Under the pieces are notes generated by a model, which worked only from the letters and a program-made list of their open reading frames with translations, had not been told where the DNA came from and searched no databases. A program made the position numbers and the translations under genes. A stretch of 64,000 bases of DNA from an uncultured candidate division Zixibacteria bacterium. GTDB taxonomy: Bacteria; Zixibacteria; MSB-5A5; GN15; PGXB01. Below are positions 19,485 through 30,057 of the stretch, piece by piece. How positions within the stretch are numbered: the stretch's first letter is position 1; each line of letters opens with the position of its first letter. The DNA is taken from NCBI GenBank assembly GCA_963702205.1, contig OY969724.1, forward strand, positions 2,464,001 to 2,528,000, in the 5' to 3' direction.

Positions 19485-20526
19485 ATGCCGGAATTTCGTC
19501 GTGACCCGGTGATAGGGCGGTGGGTGATAATCTCCACCGATCGTGGAAAGAGGCCGTCAAGTTTCGGGAATATTCCCAAACAGGAAGAGCCGAAAATGTG
19601 CCCGTTTTGTCCTGGAAATGAATCCAGCACTCCGCCCGAAGTTCTGGCCTTTCGGGAAAACGGCACCCAGCCGAATAAAGCCGGTTGGTTTCTAAGAGTT
19701 ATTTCCAATAAGTATCCGGCCCTTCGCATCGAGGGCGGCCTGAATCGGGAGCCAAAGGGGCTGTACGATAAAATGAACGGGGTGGGGGCTCACGAAGTCA
19801 TTATCGAAACTCAAAATCATTTTAAGGACCTGGCCGATTTATCGATAGAAGAGATCAAAAACGTTTTGTGGGCGTTTCGTGAACGCTCGCTGGATCTTCA
19901 GAGAGATCGCCGGTTCAAGTACGTGCTGATTTTCAAGAATCACGGTGAGGCGGCGGGGGCATCGCTGGAACATTCGCACAGCCAGCTGATCGCCACACCG
20001 ATTGTCCCCAGACGGGTGCAGGAAGAAATCGACGGTGCGAAAAAAGTACTATGACTTCAAAGAAAGATGTATCTTCTGTGATATTATCCGTCAGGAATTG
20101 AGCGACAAAGAGCGAGTCATAAACGATTACGGGGACTTCATCGCCTTTGCACCATTTGCGTCACGCTTCCCGTTCGAGACGTGGCTATTGCCCAAGCAGC
20201 ATTTGACTCAACTGACCGATCTGGCGACGGAAAATTATGTATACCTGGCCGAGGCTCTTAAGGATATTCTCAACCGTCTGCGTATGGCCCTCAACAACCC
20301 GCCGTACAATTTCATAATCCATACCGCACCCATCGGTGAAGAATACGACGAAGTTTATCACTGGCATATCGAAATTATACCCAAGCTGACCAAGATGGCC
20401 GGTTTCGAGTGGGGCTCGGGATTTTATATCAATCCGACCTGCCCGGAAGACGCGGCCGGGTTCATGAGGGAAATCGACCCATCACTGGCCGATAAGAAAT
20501 TCATGCAGAAAGCGACGGCGAAGTAA
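19485..20526 (+). CDS. galT: Galactose-1-phosphate uridylyltransferase (GalT family), split by a +1 frameshift at the A6 run 20040-20045
   Basis: EFRRDP..WVIIS..R..RP, CPFCPGNE, NKYPAL, GAHEVIIE, FKNHG..AGASLEHSHSQ. Second part: CIFCDII, FASRFPFE, AGFEWGSG..INP..PE. Confidence 0.85.
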
Positions 20527-20528
20527 TT

Positions 20529-21992
20529 ATGGAACACCTCAGGATTGCATTTGTCACTTCTGAGGCTGTGCCATACGCCAAAACCGGCGGTTTGGCCGAC
20601 GTCTCGGGTATACTGCCGGGGGAAATCAGAAAGCTCGGGCACGACTGCCGTATGTTCATGCCCTTTTACGGATCGATCGACCGGGCGCGATTCAAAATTG
20701 AAAGCGTGAACGCAAATATCGGGGGTTTGGTCGGCAAAAACAAAATCCCGTGTCGGCTGTACTCCCAGGATGATTTGGGCAGAGAGCGGCATACGTATTT
20801 CATCGAAAACGAAAAATACTTTAACCGTGAAGCGCTTTATGTCGACCCGAAGACGAACAAAGACTTTGTCGATAATGACGAACGCTTTTTGTTGTTTGCG
20901 GGCGCGGTTCTCGACGCCCTGAAAAAACTGGACTGGCGGCCGGACGTCATTCACGCCAATGATTGGCAGGCGGCGCTGGTGGTGACGCTTCTTAAGACGC
21001 TGCACAAGGACGATGACTTTTTCGGCAGTATTAAAACGGTGTTGACCATACACAATCTGGCCTATCAGGGAATCTTTCCGGCTGAGACGTTCCCCAAATT
21101 GAATCTGCCTTATGAACTTTTCGCTCCGGGCGGTCCCGTGGAGTACTGGGAAAAAGTCAACTACCTGAAATCAGCGATTATGTTCGCAGACAAGATTACG
21201 ACGGTCTCGCCGACGTACGCGCGGGAGATTCAATCGTCCAATGAATACGGCATGGGTCTGGAAGGCGTGCTGAAAAGCCGAAGTGACGATTTGGTCGGAA
21301 TATTGAACGGGGTCGATTATGAGATATGGTCCCCCAAAAGGGACCCGTTAATTCCGTACAATTATTTCATCGCCAACCTTTCGAATAAGAAACGCAACAA
21401 GCTCGAGCTGCTCCGGCAGGCCGGGTTGCCTATGAGATCGGAGCAGCCTCTGCTGGGTATGATTTCCCGCCTGGACTCCCAGAAAGGGTTCGATATATTG
21501 TCTGAAATACTCGATGATATATTGAAGATGGACGTGCAATTTGTCCTTCTTGGGACCGGGGCGCAGGAGTATCACGAATTTTTCCAAAAGCTGGAGAAGG
21601 AGTATCCCGACAAGCTCAAGGCCTTTTTGAAATTCGATAATGCCCTGGCGCATCTAATCGAAGCCGGGGCTGATATATTCGTTATGCCGTCGCGTTATGA
21701 ACCGTGTGGCCTTAACCAAATGTACAGCATGAAATACGGGACGGTCCCGGTGGTCCGGCGTACGGGCGGACTGGCGGACACCGTCGAAAACTTCGACGAA
21801 CGGCAAAAAACGGGCACGGGTTTCGTATTTGACAAATACACGGCGGAATCTTTCAAGACTTCTTTAGTCAGAGCCATTACGCTATTCGGCAAAAGAAGGC
21901 TTTGGTATAAGGTAGTCAAACAGGGGATGAACCGAGATTTTTCATGGGAAAGATCGGCGGAGCGGTATATTCGTTTGTATCAGTCGCTCTGA
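20529..21992 (+). CDS. glgA: Glycogen synthase
   Basis: KTGGLADV, HANDWQ, TIHNLAYQG, TTVSPTYA.EI, SRL..QKG, MPSRYEPCGLNQ. Confidence 0.95.
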   Translation: MEHLRIAFVTSEAVPYAKTGGLADVSGILPGEIRKLGHDCRMFMPFYGSIDRARFKIESVNANIGGLVGKNKIPCRLYSQDDLGRERHTYFIENEKYFNREALYVDPKTNKDFVDNDERFLLFAGAVLDALKKLDWRPDVIHANDWQAALVVTLLKTLHKDDDFFGSIKTVLTIHNLAYQGIFPAETFPKLNLPYELFAPGGPVEYWEKVNYLKSAIMFADKITTVSPTYAREIQSSNEYGMGLEGVLKSRSDDLVGILNGVDYEIWSPKRDPLIPYNYFIANLSNKKRNKLELLRQAGLPMRSEQPLLGMISRLDSQKGFDILSEILDDILKMDVQFVLLGTGAQEYHEFFQKLEKEYPDKLKAFLKFDNALAHLIEAGADIFVMPSRYEPCGLNQMYSMKYGTVPVVRRTGGLADTVENFDERQKTGTGFVFDKYTAESFKTSLVRAITLFGKRRLWYKVVKQGMNRDFSWERSAERYIRLYQSL

Positions 21993-22009
21993 TATCGTAT
22001 AATTAATCG

Positions 22010-23923
22010 ATGGCGAAAAATTCAAAATCCAAATCAAAATCAAAGAAAAAGGCAAAACTAAGAGCCAGGTCAAAATTTAATCTCTCAAGACTATCGCACT
22101 TTAAGTCGTTAATAGGAATTTTACTTCTGCTGTTCGGAGTAGGGATTCATATTTACCTCGCGCAACGGTTGAATTTCACGCAGGATGATACATTCATATC
22201 ATTTCGATACGCACTGAATTTCGTTGACGGCCACGGGCTGGTTTTCAATATCGGAGAAAGAATTGAGGGTTACACGAATTTCCTCTGGACGATATGCATT
22301 ATCCTGGCCAAGCTGCTGGGTTTTCAATTGGTGCTATTTTCGAAAATTTTCGGCGTTTCATTCGGGGCAGCGGGGATTGTCGCGACCTATTTTCTTGCTC
22401 TTCATGTCTTTGATAAAAACAGTTATAAGGCCGGCATTGTCGCGCTCGTGCTCGGGACGATACCGTCGTACGCGTACTGGTCAGTTTCCGGACTGGAAAC
22501 ACCAGCGTTCGGGCTGGCGATAACGCTGGCCCTGTACGCCTATGTGCGCGGGTCATATTTAACGGCGCCGATAGCCGCCATAGCTACCCTGCTGCGTCCG
22601 GAGGGGGCACTGGTTTTTGCCTTTATAGTAGTTTTCGACGTGATCAGTCGGCGGGGAATAAGAACGCCGATAATAGCCGGCGTTGTAATTTACGCCGCAA
22701 CGCTTTTGCCGTTTCTGGCGTTTAAGTATTTCTATTACGGCGGGATTATCCCGAATACGTTCTTTGCGAAATCGGGAACGCTGATCGATAATATACCCAA
22801 CGGCATAGAATACCTGGGGACGTATTTCTGGCATTATCTGGGGGCAGGGTTGTTTATTTTACCGGCCTTTTTGATGTTCAGGAAAGGACACCGAAAGAAT
22901 CTGGTTTTGTTGCTCTTTTTTTTGGTCTACGCAATATATATCGGGTTGATAGGCGGGGACGTCCTCAAGGTGCATCGCTTCTTTGTTCCGATTATGGGCG
23001 TCGTGAGCATACTGGTCGTTTACGGGATGTTTGCTCTGCTAAGAAAACCGGTATATGCTATGGCAGCGTTGGTGGTGGTGATCGGGTGGGGCTTATATGC
23101 GCCCGTAAATCATATTGCATCCTTTCTGAATGCCGAGAAATCACTTATTAGCAAAATGGTGCATTTGGCGGGCAATTTAAAGGCCCACGACAAGAGTAAT
23201 TTTAACGTGGTTATATCGACCATCGGCGTGTTCGGCTATAATCTCATGGGTCATCAGGTCATCGATATGCTGGGGCTGACCGATTCGACAATCGCCCGTC
23301 ACCCGGAACCGCCGATTGAAGGACTGGAAACGACGTGGAAGGAAAGAAGCTTTAATACGCCGTATATTCTCGGCCTCAAACCGGATTATATACTGTTTTC
23401 GACCGGGCATAAGCCATCGGCCCCCGCCGAACGGGCCCTGTTTATGTACAGCCAGTTTCTTAAAAGTTATCGAATTATCGGTTTCTTTTTTGACGGTCAG
23501 CTTCATGACGTTTATAAAAGGTATTATCCATACGACAGCACGGTCGTAAGGAATATCGACGTCGATTTCGTCCAAAGTTATAATAAAGGCATCAATCTGA
23601 CCACAAATGGTGACAATAAAAATGCCATGCTGCAGTTTTTGAAATGCGACCGGTACGTAACGACGGCGATGTTTCCGTATGTCAAACATTACGAAGCGAC
23701 CATCTGGCGTCAGAGCGGGCAAATGAAAAAATGGGTGGATCTTACCATGGAAATCATCAACGCCGACACACTTTGCTATATGGCCTATCGTGACGCCTAT
23801 TATTATGAAAAGGTCATAACAAAGAACCAGGAAAAGGCGCAGGCATATCGTCGGCACCTCGAAGAAATGGTTCCGTGGTATCTGCCCCGGCTGGATTCTT
23901 TGATAGAGGAATCGATGAAATAA
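22010..23923 (+). CDS. Multi-pass membrane protein, GT-C (arabinofuranosyltransferase-like) family
   Basis: [11 protein letters not shown]...[38 protein letters not shown]....[10 protein letters not shown]; about 10 TMs. Confidence 0.7.
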   Translation: MAKNSKSKSKSKKKAKLRARSKFNLSRLSHFKSLIGILLLLFGVGIHIYLAQRLNFTQDDTFISFRYALNFVDGHGLVFNIGERIEGYTNFLWTICIILAKLLGFQLVLFSKIFGVSFGAAGIVATYFLALHVFDKNSYKAGIVALVLGTIPSYAYWSVSGLETPAFGLAITLALYAYVRGSYLTAPIAAIATLLRPEGALVFAFIVVFDVISRRGIRTPIIAGVVIYAATLLPFLAFKYFYYGGIIPNTFFAKSGTLIDNIPNGIEYLGTYFWHYLGAGLFILPAFLMFRKGHRKNLVLLLFFLVYAIYIGLIGGDVLKVHRFFVPIMGVVSILVVYGMFALLRKPVYAMAALVVVIGWGLYAPVNHIASFLNAEKSLISKMVHLAGNLKAHDKSNFNVVISTIGVFGYNLMGHQVIDMLGLTDSTIARHPEPPIEGLETTWKERSFNTPYILGLKPDYILFSTGHKPSAPAERALFMYSQFLKSYRIIGFFFDGQLHDVYKRYYPYDSTVVRNIDVDFVQSYNKGINLTTNGDNKNAMLQFLKCDRYVTTAMFPYVKHYEATIWRQSGQMKKWVDLTMEIINADTLCYMAYRDAYYYEKVITKNQEKAQAYRRHLEEMVPWYLPRLDSLIEESMK

Positions 23924-24045
23924 GAACGAATTGGTCTCTTTTCGATGAAGAAGTTGGCACGTATGGCGGCGTTTTATAATTTTTTTCAATGAAAATTCAA
24001 AAAAGTTGACAAAGCCAAAATCCGATATATATTCATAGAGGTTAA

Positions 24046-24118
<73 letters not shown>

Positions 24119-24127
24119 TATTTATTA

Positions 24128-24199
<72 letters not shown>

Positions 24200-24327
24200 T
24201 TTTTTCATGGTCAGAAAGGGCCAATTATTTTGTCCTGCCCGGCATATTTTTCTTTACAACCTTTGCTAATATTCTATATTCCGAACAATTAAGGATTGGT
24301 GCGTATAACAATTGGAGGTGAATTAAT

Positions 24328-24516
24328 ATGGCCATGAAGATTACCGATGAGTGCACAGCCTGTGGATTGTGCCTCCCGGAGTGCCCCACCAGCTCCATTG
24401 ATGAGGGCGACATATATACGATCAACCCGGACACCTGCAACGAGTGTGAAGACCAGGAAAACGGCCCTCACTGTGTCGAGGTTTGTCCCGTCGATTGTAT
24501 TGAAAAAGCCGAATAG
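24328..24516 (+). CDS. 2x[4Fe-4S] ferredoxin (YfhL-like)
   Basis: CTACGLCLPECP and CNEC......PHCVEVCP; GGAGG RBS. Confidence 0.93.
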   Translation: MAMKITDECTACGLCLPECPTSSIDEGDIYTINPDTCNECEDQENGPHCVEVCPVDCIEKAE

Positions 24517-24537
24517 TCTATACTTTTCGAAATTAAT

Positions 24538-24569
24538 AACGCCGCTTGCTTGTGAGCGGCGTTTTTTTT
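24538..24569 (+). terminator. Intrinsic terminator after ferredoxin, overlapping a putative archease promoter
   Basis: AACGCCGCT...AGCGGCGTT followed by a T-run. Confidence 0.7.
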
Positions 24570-24580
24570 ATTGTTCTACT

Positions 24581-25006
24581 ATGCCCTATAAACACACCGA
24601 TTCAAATACGACCTCGGATATCGGACTGATTGTCACCGGAGAGGATTTGCCTCAACTGCTGGCGGATGGAGCCATCGGGCTTATAGCCGTTATCGCCGAG
24701 CCGTCGGAATTAATGGAAAATGATGAGGTCGAAATCGACCTTTCCGCCAAATCCGTCGAGGACCTGTATTTTTCATGGCTTTCTGAAATAGTATATCTTA
24801 AGGATGCCCGGAATTTTCTAACTTGCCGCTGTGACATCGAGGTTGTCGAGATAGAACCATACCGAGTAACCGGGCGGCTGTTTGGTGATGTAATAGATAA
24901 ATCACGGCATACGCTCAAGGTCGACGTGAAAGCCGTAACTTATTATAAATTGCGGGTGGAAAAGAAAAGCGACTTTTGGGAGGCGGAGGTAGTGCTGGAT
25001 CTATGA
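24581..25006 (+). CDS. Archease
   Basis: MPYKHTD...SDIG.....EDLYFSWLSEIVY....VKAVTYY....AEVVLDL; directly upstream of rtcB. Confidence 0.88.
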   Translation: MPYKHTDSNTTSDIGLIVTGEDLPQLLADGAIGLIAVIAEPSELMENDEVEIDLSAKSVEDLYFSWLSEIVYLKDARNFLTCRCDIEVVEIEPYRVTGRLFGDVIDKSRHTLKVDVKAVTYYKLRVEKKSDFWEAEVVLDL

Positions 25007-26457
25007 ATAAATCGAAATATGAGAAAATTACCGAGAATATTTGGGAGATTCCGATCGAATTCAAGGCCGGGATGAATGTGCCGGCACGGATATATTCATC
25101 GGCTGATCTGATCGACGGCATCGATGACCGGGTGATCGACCAGATTACGAATGTGGCTTGTCTGCCGGGTATACAGAAGTACGCCTATTGCATGCCCGAC
25201 GGGCACGTCGGCTATGGCTTTCCGATCGGGGGCGTGGCGGCTTTCGATATTGACAAGGGCATTATATCACCGGGGGGAATCGGCTTTGACATAAACTGCG
25301 GGATGAGGCTGCTGCGTACGAATCTTACGTTGGAAGATATCCGTCCCAAAATGGAGGCGCTTCTCAACGACCTGTTCGCCACGATTCCATCGGGGGTGGG
25401 ATCAAGCGGTTATGTCGAATTGAGTAATAATCAGTTTCGGCAGGTTATGGAGCACGGGGTGGACTGGTGTATCGAAAACGGCTATGCCACGGAATCCGAC
25501 CGGGAATATGTCGAAAACAACGGCTGTCTGGATCACGCCGATCCTGATGCTGTTTCATCAAAAGCCGTTTCGCGCGGGATAAACCAGATGGGGACGCTCG
25601 GGTCGGGCAATCATTATATTGAGGTCGAGATTGCGGCACCGGAGAATATTTTCGATAAAGAGGCGGCCAGGAGGTACGGGATCGATTTGGACAATCAGGT
25701 GCTGGTGTCGATTCATTGCGGTTCGCGCGGGTTCGGGCATCAAATCGCGACTGACTATCTTCAGGTTTTCGGCAAGTGTGCCGCCAAGTATGGCCTGACG
25801 GTCCGAGATAAAGAGCTCATGTCGGCACCGGTGAATTCAGATGAGGGCAGAAAGTATTTTAACGCTATGGCCTGTGCGGCCAACGCGGCCTTTGTCAACC
25901 GGCAGTTGATAGTCCACGGAGTTCGGACGTCGTTTGAGCGGGTGTTTAAAGGAGCCTCGGTCTTGCCTAAAATTGAGACCGTCTATGACGTAGCGCATAA
26001 TATCGCCAAGCGTGAAGTTTATGAAATCGATGGTGTTAAAAAAACTCTGCTGGTGCACCGTAAGGGGGCGACAAGGTCGTTCGGACCGGGCCGCGATGAA
26101 ATTCCGGAAAAGTACCGCGCGGTCGGCCAGCCGGTGATTGTCGGCGGTTCGATGGAATCCGGATCGGCCCTGTTGCGCGGGACGGAAGAAGCGGACGGTT
26201 CGACTTTCGGGTCGTCGCTTCACGGGGCCGGGCGGACGATGTCGAGAATCAAAGCCAAACAGAGGATGCGGGGCGATGAAGTCAGAAACCGTATGAGAGA
26301 ACGGGGCATTCTGGTAAAGACGGGATATATGAAGGGTCTGTCCGAAGAAGCGGGCTACGCCTATAAAAATATTGATCTGGTTACCGAGGCCGTGGACGCG
26401 GCGGGGATTTCCAAAAAAGTCGCAAGATTCTATCCGGTTCTGAATATTAAAGGGTAA
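25003..26457 (+). CDS. rtcB: RtcB RNA 3'-phosphate/5'-OH ligase (archease-associated type)
   Basis: MPDGH.GYGFPIGGV, GFDINCG, GSGNHY, HCGSRG.GHQ, HNIAK, HRKGATR, HGAGR; ATGA overlap with archease. Confidence 0.95.
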   Translation: MNKSKYEKITENIWEIPIEFKAGMNVPARIYSSADLIDGIDDRVIDQITNVACLPGIQKYAYCMPDGHVGYGFPIGGVAAFDIDKGIISPGGIGFDINCGMRLLRTNLTLEDIRPKMEALLNDLFATIPSGVGSSGYVELSNNQFRQVMEHGVDWCIENGYATESDREYVENNGCLDHADPDAVSSKAVSRGINQMGTLGSGNHYIEVEIAAPENIFDKEAARRYGIDLDNQVLVSIHCGSRGFGHQIATDYLQVFGKCAAKYGLTVRDKELMSAPVNSDEGRKYFNAMACAANAAFVNRQLIVHGVRTSFERVFKGASVLPKIETVYDVAHNIAKREVYEIDGVKKTLLVHRKGATRSFGPGRDEIPEKYRAVGQPVIVGGSMESGSALLRGTEEADGSTFGSSLHGAGRTMSRIKAKQRMRGDEVRNRMRERGILVKTGYMKGLSEEAGYAYKNIDLVTEAVDAAGISKKVARFYPVLNIKG

Positions 26458-26537
26458 AAAAAAAGAGGGCGCTACTCTGGTTGGGTAGAGGGGGCTAGGA
26501 AACTACCCAGGGACAGCAGAGAGTCACCCTCTAAGTA
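26456..26537 (-). ncRNA. Candidate ~80-nt hairpin small RNA
   Basis: Minus-strand end-to-end stem with a C/U-rich loop and U9 tail. TTGACT-16-CATATT lies upstream and no minus-strand CDS leads into it. Confidence 0.4.
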
Positions 26538-26688
26538 TTTTCAATATGTCGATCTTCAGGATTAAGTCAAGTATTTTTTATCTTTTTCGGCAAAATCTAT
26601 TAAAAGAATTACCCATATTCTGGATAGATTTATATATTGTATCTATAAGGTCCAATCCGGATTCTGAAAAACTCAAAGAAAGGCCGTT

Positions 26689-29229
26689 ATGGACAGAGAC
26701 GACCTCGATAAACGAATTGCACGCAAAAGCGCTCGTGGAAAGGACAACAGGAAAGACAAAATAGCGACCGGGGATGATTTATCGGGAAAATGGCGCCTGC
26801 TGACGAGAAAAACTGCGGCCGTAATTCTCGATATAAATCCCAAATATGAAGTAATCAACCTCGACCGTATGTCCGGTAGTGCCTCGGTGCGAAGTTTGAT
26901 CGGTGTAAGCACACTGGGCTTTTTTTCCAAAAGCCATCACAAGACAGCCAAAACGGCCATAAACGATTGTATCCGGACACAACGGGTAGGCCAATTTATC
27001 GCGCCGGCATGTGGCGATGAAAGCGATGAAACGGCCTGGTACCGGGTAATTCTGATACCCCATGCTATAAAAGGCAGGGTATTATCGATATTACTGGTTT
27101 GTTTCGATACGACATCGGAAATCAAAACGGAAACGGCCCTTCGCGAAACTACGGAGTATTCCCGGGCCGTCCTGAATGCCACAATGGAAACAATCGCCCT
27201 GCTGGATAAAGACGGTCGCGTTTTGATAATAAACGAGACCGGAGCGCGTCGGTTCAAAAAAACATCGGAGGAGTTGGTCGGCCAGGTGCTTCTCGATCCG
27301 GAAAACAGATTATTACCGGATGACATTCTGAAAGCAAGGGCAAATTATATAAAGCACGTCCTGAAAACCGGCCGGGCGGTGAAATTTGAGGATGAACGAA
27401 ATGGCATAATCTTCAGGAATCACATATATCCGGTTTTCGATAAATCGGGCAAAGTCTACCGGGTCGTAATTTATGCCGATGATATTACAGAGCGCAAAAA
27501 GGCGGAACTGGCTCTGAAGGAGAATGAAGAGAGGTTCCGTGAGCTGGCCGACCTTCTGCCTCAGACCATATTCGAGCTGGATGCCAGGGGCAAATTTATA
27601 TATGTAAACAAGCATGCCTATCAGTCTTCCGGGTACACCGAGGAAGACGTAAAAAAGGGCATCAGGGCCGTGGATACATTCGCTCCACAAGATAAGAGCA
27701 AGGCCAAGACGAGATTGAAAAAAATGCTTTCGGGTGAAAAACTGTCCGGCACCGAATATCTTGCCAGAAGAAAAGACGGCAGTGTATACCCGGTAGCGGT
27801 TTATTCAAGCCCGATTACGAGAAACGGGAAGATTGCCGGTATCCGAGGTATTTCAATCGACATATCCGGGCGCAAACAAGTAGAACATGACCTTACTCTG
27901 GCACAGGAAAAATACCGTCTGATCGTAGATAATGTCGGGTCATCAATTGCAATTTTTGACGAGGCTGGAATCATACACTATGCCAATAAAATCGCCGCCC
28001 AAAGTTTTGGCCTGGAACCGGCCACGATGATTGGGAAAACCATGTGGGATTTATTTCCGAAAGAAGTGGCCAATCACCAGATGAATACCATAAGATCGGT
28101 GATACATACCGGCAAAGAATCCATGAGTGTTACCAAGTCGAGGCTGCTTGACGAATCACGGTGGTTCCACACGGTCATTCAGGCGATTCGTCCCAGCGGC
28201 GACTCCCCGGTGCAGGCGATGGTTATCGCCACCGACGTTACCGAAGACCGCGAAAACGACATAAGAAATACGGGGCGTCTTGAACTCCTCGACCGGATCA
28301 GAGAGGCCGATAATGCCCGGGACATGATATTGTTCGGGTGCCAGGCGATAAAAGAATTCGGGCTGTACGACAAATCCGCTTTTTTCATGATGGATAAAAT
28401 GGGCAAGGTGAGTTCGATCGGCAAATTTGGCTTTCGGGCGAACGAGTTTAAAAAGATTCAGGCGATATTTGCCGATTCGCTGAGCGACACAATTAAACCT
28501 CAGTTCTCAAAAAAACTGCACGGGTGCTATTTGGTGCTGTCGAGAAAAGGTGACGGGACCTTTGTTCCCCGGCCCATAGGCGACGGGCGAAGCGGAAAGG
28601 GAAGACAGTGGTCGTCATCGGATCTTGGTCTTTTCTATCTGGAGTCGGGAGACGACAGCAATCAGGAGTTCTGGGTGGTGGTCGGAGAACCGTGCGACGA
28701 CCGTAATCCGTCGCAGCGCGATGCCGAATACCTTCAGGAGATAGCGGAAATAATCACCAAGGACCTGCTACGAATTGACGGGATAGAAAGACTAAAAAAG
28801 GAAGAGCAGGCTCTTCGAGATGCCAACGTTGCCCTGGGAAAAGTCCTCGAACATATAGAAAAAGAGAAAAATGAAATACGGCAGCAGCTGGCGGACAATA
28901 TAGAGCAGAACATAATGCCGGTCTTGGGCAAACTCGTCCGTGGCGACGGGACGGTGCATGGTGATTTTTATAATGTACTGAAAACCGGGTTGAAGGGGCT
29001 GATATTTAACAGCAGTGGCGTAAATCAATTATTGGCGCACCTGACACCGCGCGAACTGGAAATCTGTAATTTCATAAAGACCGGTTTATCGAATACGGAA
29101 ATCGCATCGAATCTTTTTATATCGGTCGGGACGGTCAAGAAGCATCGGGAGCAAATTCGCAGGAAACTGGGGCTTTCCAACAAAAAAATCAACCTGGCGG
29201 TCTTCCTGCGCGGCAATCAAGGCGTATAA
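26689..29229 (+). CDS. Multi-PAS sensor with C-terminal LuxR-type HTH (one-component regulator)
   Basis: Repeated PAS/PAC segments (DITERKKAE, ERFRELADLLPQTIFE, DISGRK, DVTE); C-terminal LTPRELEIC..GLSNTEIA..L.IS..TVKKHR..IRRKLG. No kinase or receiver motifs seen. Confidence 0.88.
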   Translation: MDRDDLDKRIARKSARGKDNRKDKIATGDDLSGKWRLLTRKTAAVILDINPKYEVINLDRMSGSASVRSLIGVSTLGFFSKSHHKTAKTAINDCIRTQRVGQFIAPACGDESDETAWYRVILIPHAIKGRVLSILLVCFDTTSEIKTETALRETTEYSRAVLNATMETIALLDKDGRVLIINETGARRFKKTSEELVGQVLLDPENRLLPDDILKARANYIKHVLKTGRAVKFEDERNGIIFRNHIYPVFDKSGKVYRVVIYADDITERKKAELALKENEERFRELADLLPQTIFELDARGKFIYVNKHAYQSSGYTEEDVKKGIRAVDTFAPQDKSKAKTRLKKMLSGEKLSGTEYLARRKDGSVYPVAVYSSPITRNGKIAGIRGISIDISGRKQVEHDLTLAQEKYRLIVDNVGSSIAIFDEAGIIHYANKIAAQSFGLEPATMIGKTMWDLFPKEVANHQMNTIRSVIHTGKESMSVTKSRLLDESRWFHTVIQAIRPSGDSPVQAMVIATDVTEDRENDIRNTGRLELLDRIREADNARDMILFGCQAIKEFGLYDKSAFFMMDKMGKVSSIGKFGFRANEFKKIQAIFADSLSDTIKPQFSKKLHGCYLVLSRKGDGTFVPRPIGDGRSGKGRQWSSSDLGLFYLESGDDSNQEFWVVVGEPCDDRNPSQRDAEYLQEIAEIITKDLLRIDGIERLKKEEQALRDANVALGKVLEHIEKEKNEIRQQLADNIEQNIMPVLGKLVRGDGTVHGDFYNVLKTGLKGLIFNSSGVNQLLAHLTPRELEICNFIKTGLSNTEIASNLFISVGTVKKHREQIRRKLGLSNKKINLAVFLRGNQGV

Positions 29230-29320
29230 AGCAGTACGCACATAATACGTATTTTTGTTGCCTTGCGCTTGGAATGATATTCTGCTATTTTGTTGGCGCA
29301 GATGGATCTACTCTCTTGAT

Positions 29321-29357
29321 GCCGGGGTGTTGCAGTCGTAATACCCTGGCTCTTTTT
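29321..29357 (+). terminator. Intrinsic terminator
   Basis: GCCGGGGTGTTGC-AGTC-GTAATACCCTGGC followed by TCTTTTT. Confidence 0.55.
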
Positions 29358-29360
29358 GTA

Positions 29361-30056
29361 TCAGTATTTGACTATTTTTATCGGGACGGTTAACCGAATG
29401 GTTTCCTTGTCCTTATATAAGACGGTAAAGTTATTATAAAAGGTTCCGGGGGGGATGTTGGCCGAAGGCGTGACGGTTATTTCCACCGAGTCTCTGGCAC
29501 CGATATCCCCGGCGGTTTTATCGACCGTGAAATGCATAAGATTCTGGTATTCGATGTCGTAGCTTATGTTATCATCGGACAGGTTCAGCAGGTACATTTT
29601 CTTCAGTTTTTTTGAGGGGAGAATTATCAGTGAAATGGGATTGGTTTTAAAATATCTCGGGAGCAGACCCAGTTCGGCGGTGTAGGAAAGATCATATTCG
29701 GGATTTACAGGGTCATTGCTGTGAATCGTAAGGGTCCGGGTAGTTCGGCCATAGTAATTTTTCGTATGAAACACCATCGTAAGCTCGGTGGAATCCCCCG
29801 GTTGAATTTCTTTGGAATCCAACTCCGAGGTCGTGCAATCGCAGTTTTGAACAACATTGTCGATTTTTAAGACGTCGTCCCCGGTGTTTTTGACATAAAA
29901 AGTATGAGAAACCCGGTAATCAATCGGGACAAATCCGAAATCATAAGAATCGTCCGCTACCGATATACTGGGATGCCTGGCCGTTTCGGCCCAACCGGAA
30001 ACACTAATCGCAGAAACCAGCGCTGTAATGAACAATACCTTTATAAGTTTATTCAA
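29361..30056 (-). CDS. DUF1573 domain exported protein
   Basis: Signal peptide; YDFG....HTF.VKNTG...L.I..V..NCDCT....I.PG; second Ig-like domain. Confidence 0.85.
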   Translation of the reverse strand: MNKLIKVLFITALVSAISVSGWAETARHPSISVADDSYDFGFVPIDYRVSHTFYVKNTGDDVLKIDNVVQNCDCTTSELDSKEIQPGDSTELTMVFHTKNYYGRTTRTLTIHSNDPVNPEYDLSYTAELGLLPRYFKTNPISLIILPSKKLKKMYLLNLSDDNISYDIEYQNLMHFTVDKTAGDIGARDSVEITVTPSANIPPGTFYNNFTVLYKDKETIRLTVPIKIVKY

Positions 30057-30057
30057 C

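Noticed and set aside
20038..20047. AAAAAAG in galT as a programmed -1 frameshift
   Set aside because: The heptamer is not in the A-AAA-AAG phase and the downstream half needs +1. An extra A by error is simpler.
24347..24580. N-terminal extension of archease in the ORF track
   Set aside because: It overlaps ferredoxin and its terminator. The archease sequence begins at ATG 24581.
29262..29357. Separate small RNA after the LuxR gene (TTGCGC-17-TATTTT then hairpin)
   Set aside because: The promoter match is weak and the hairpin is adequately explained as the terminator between convergent genes.
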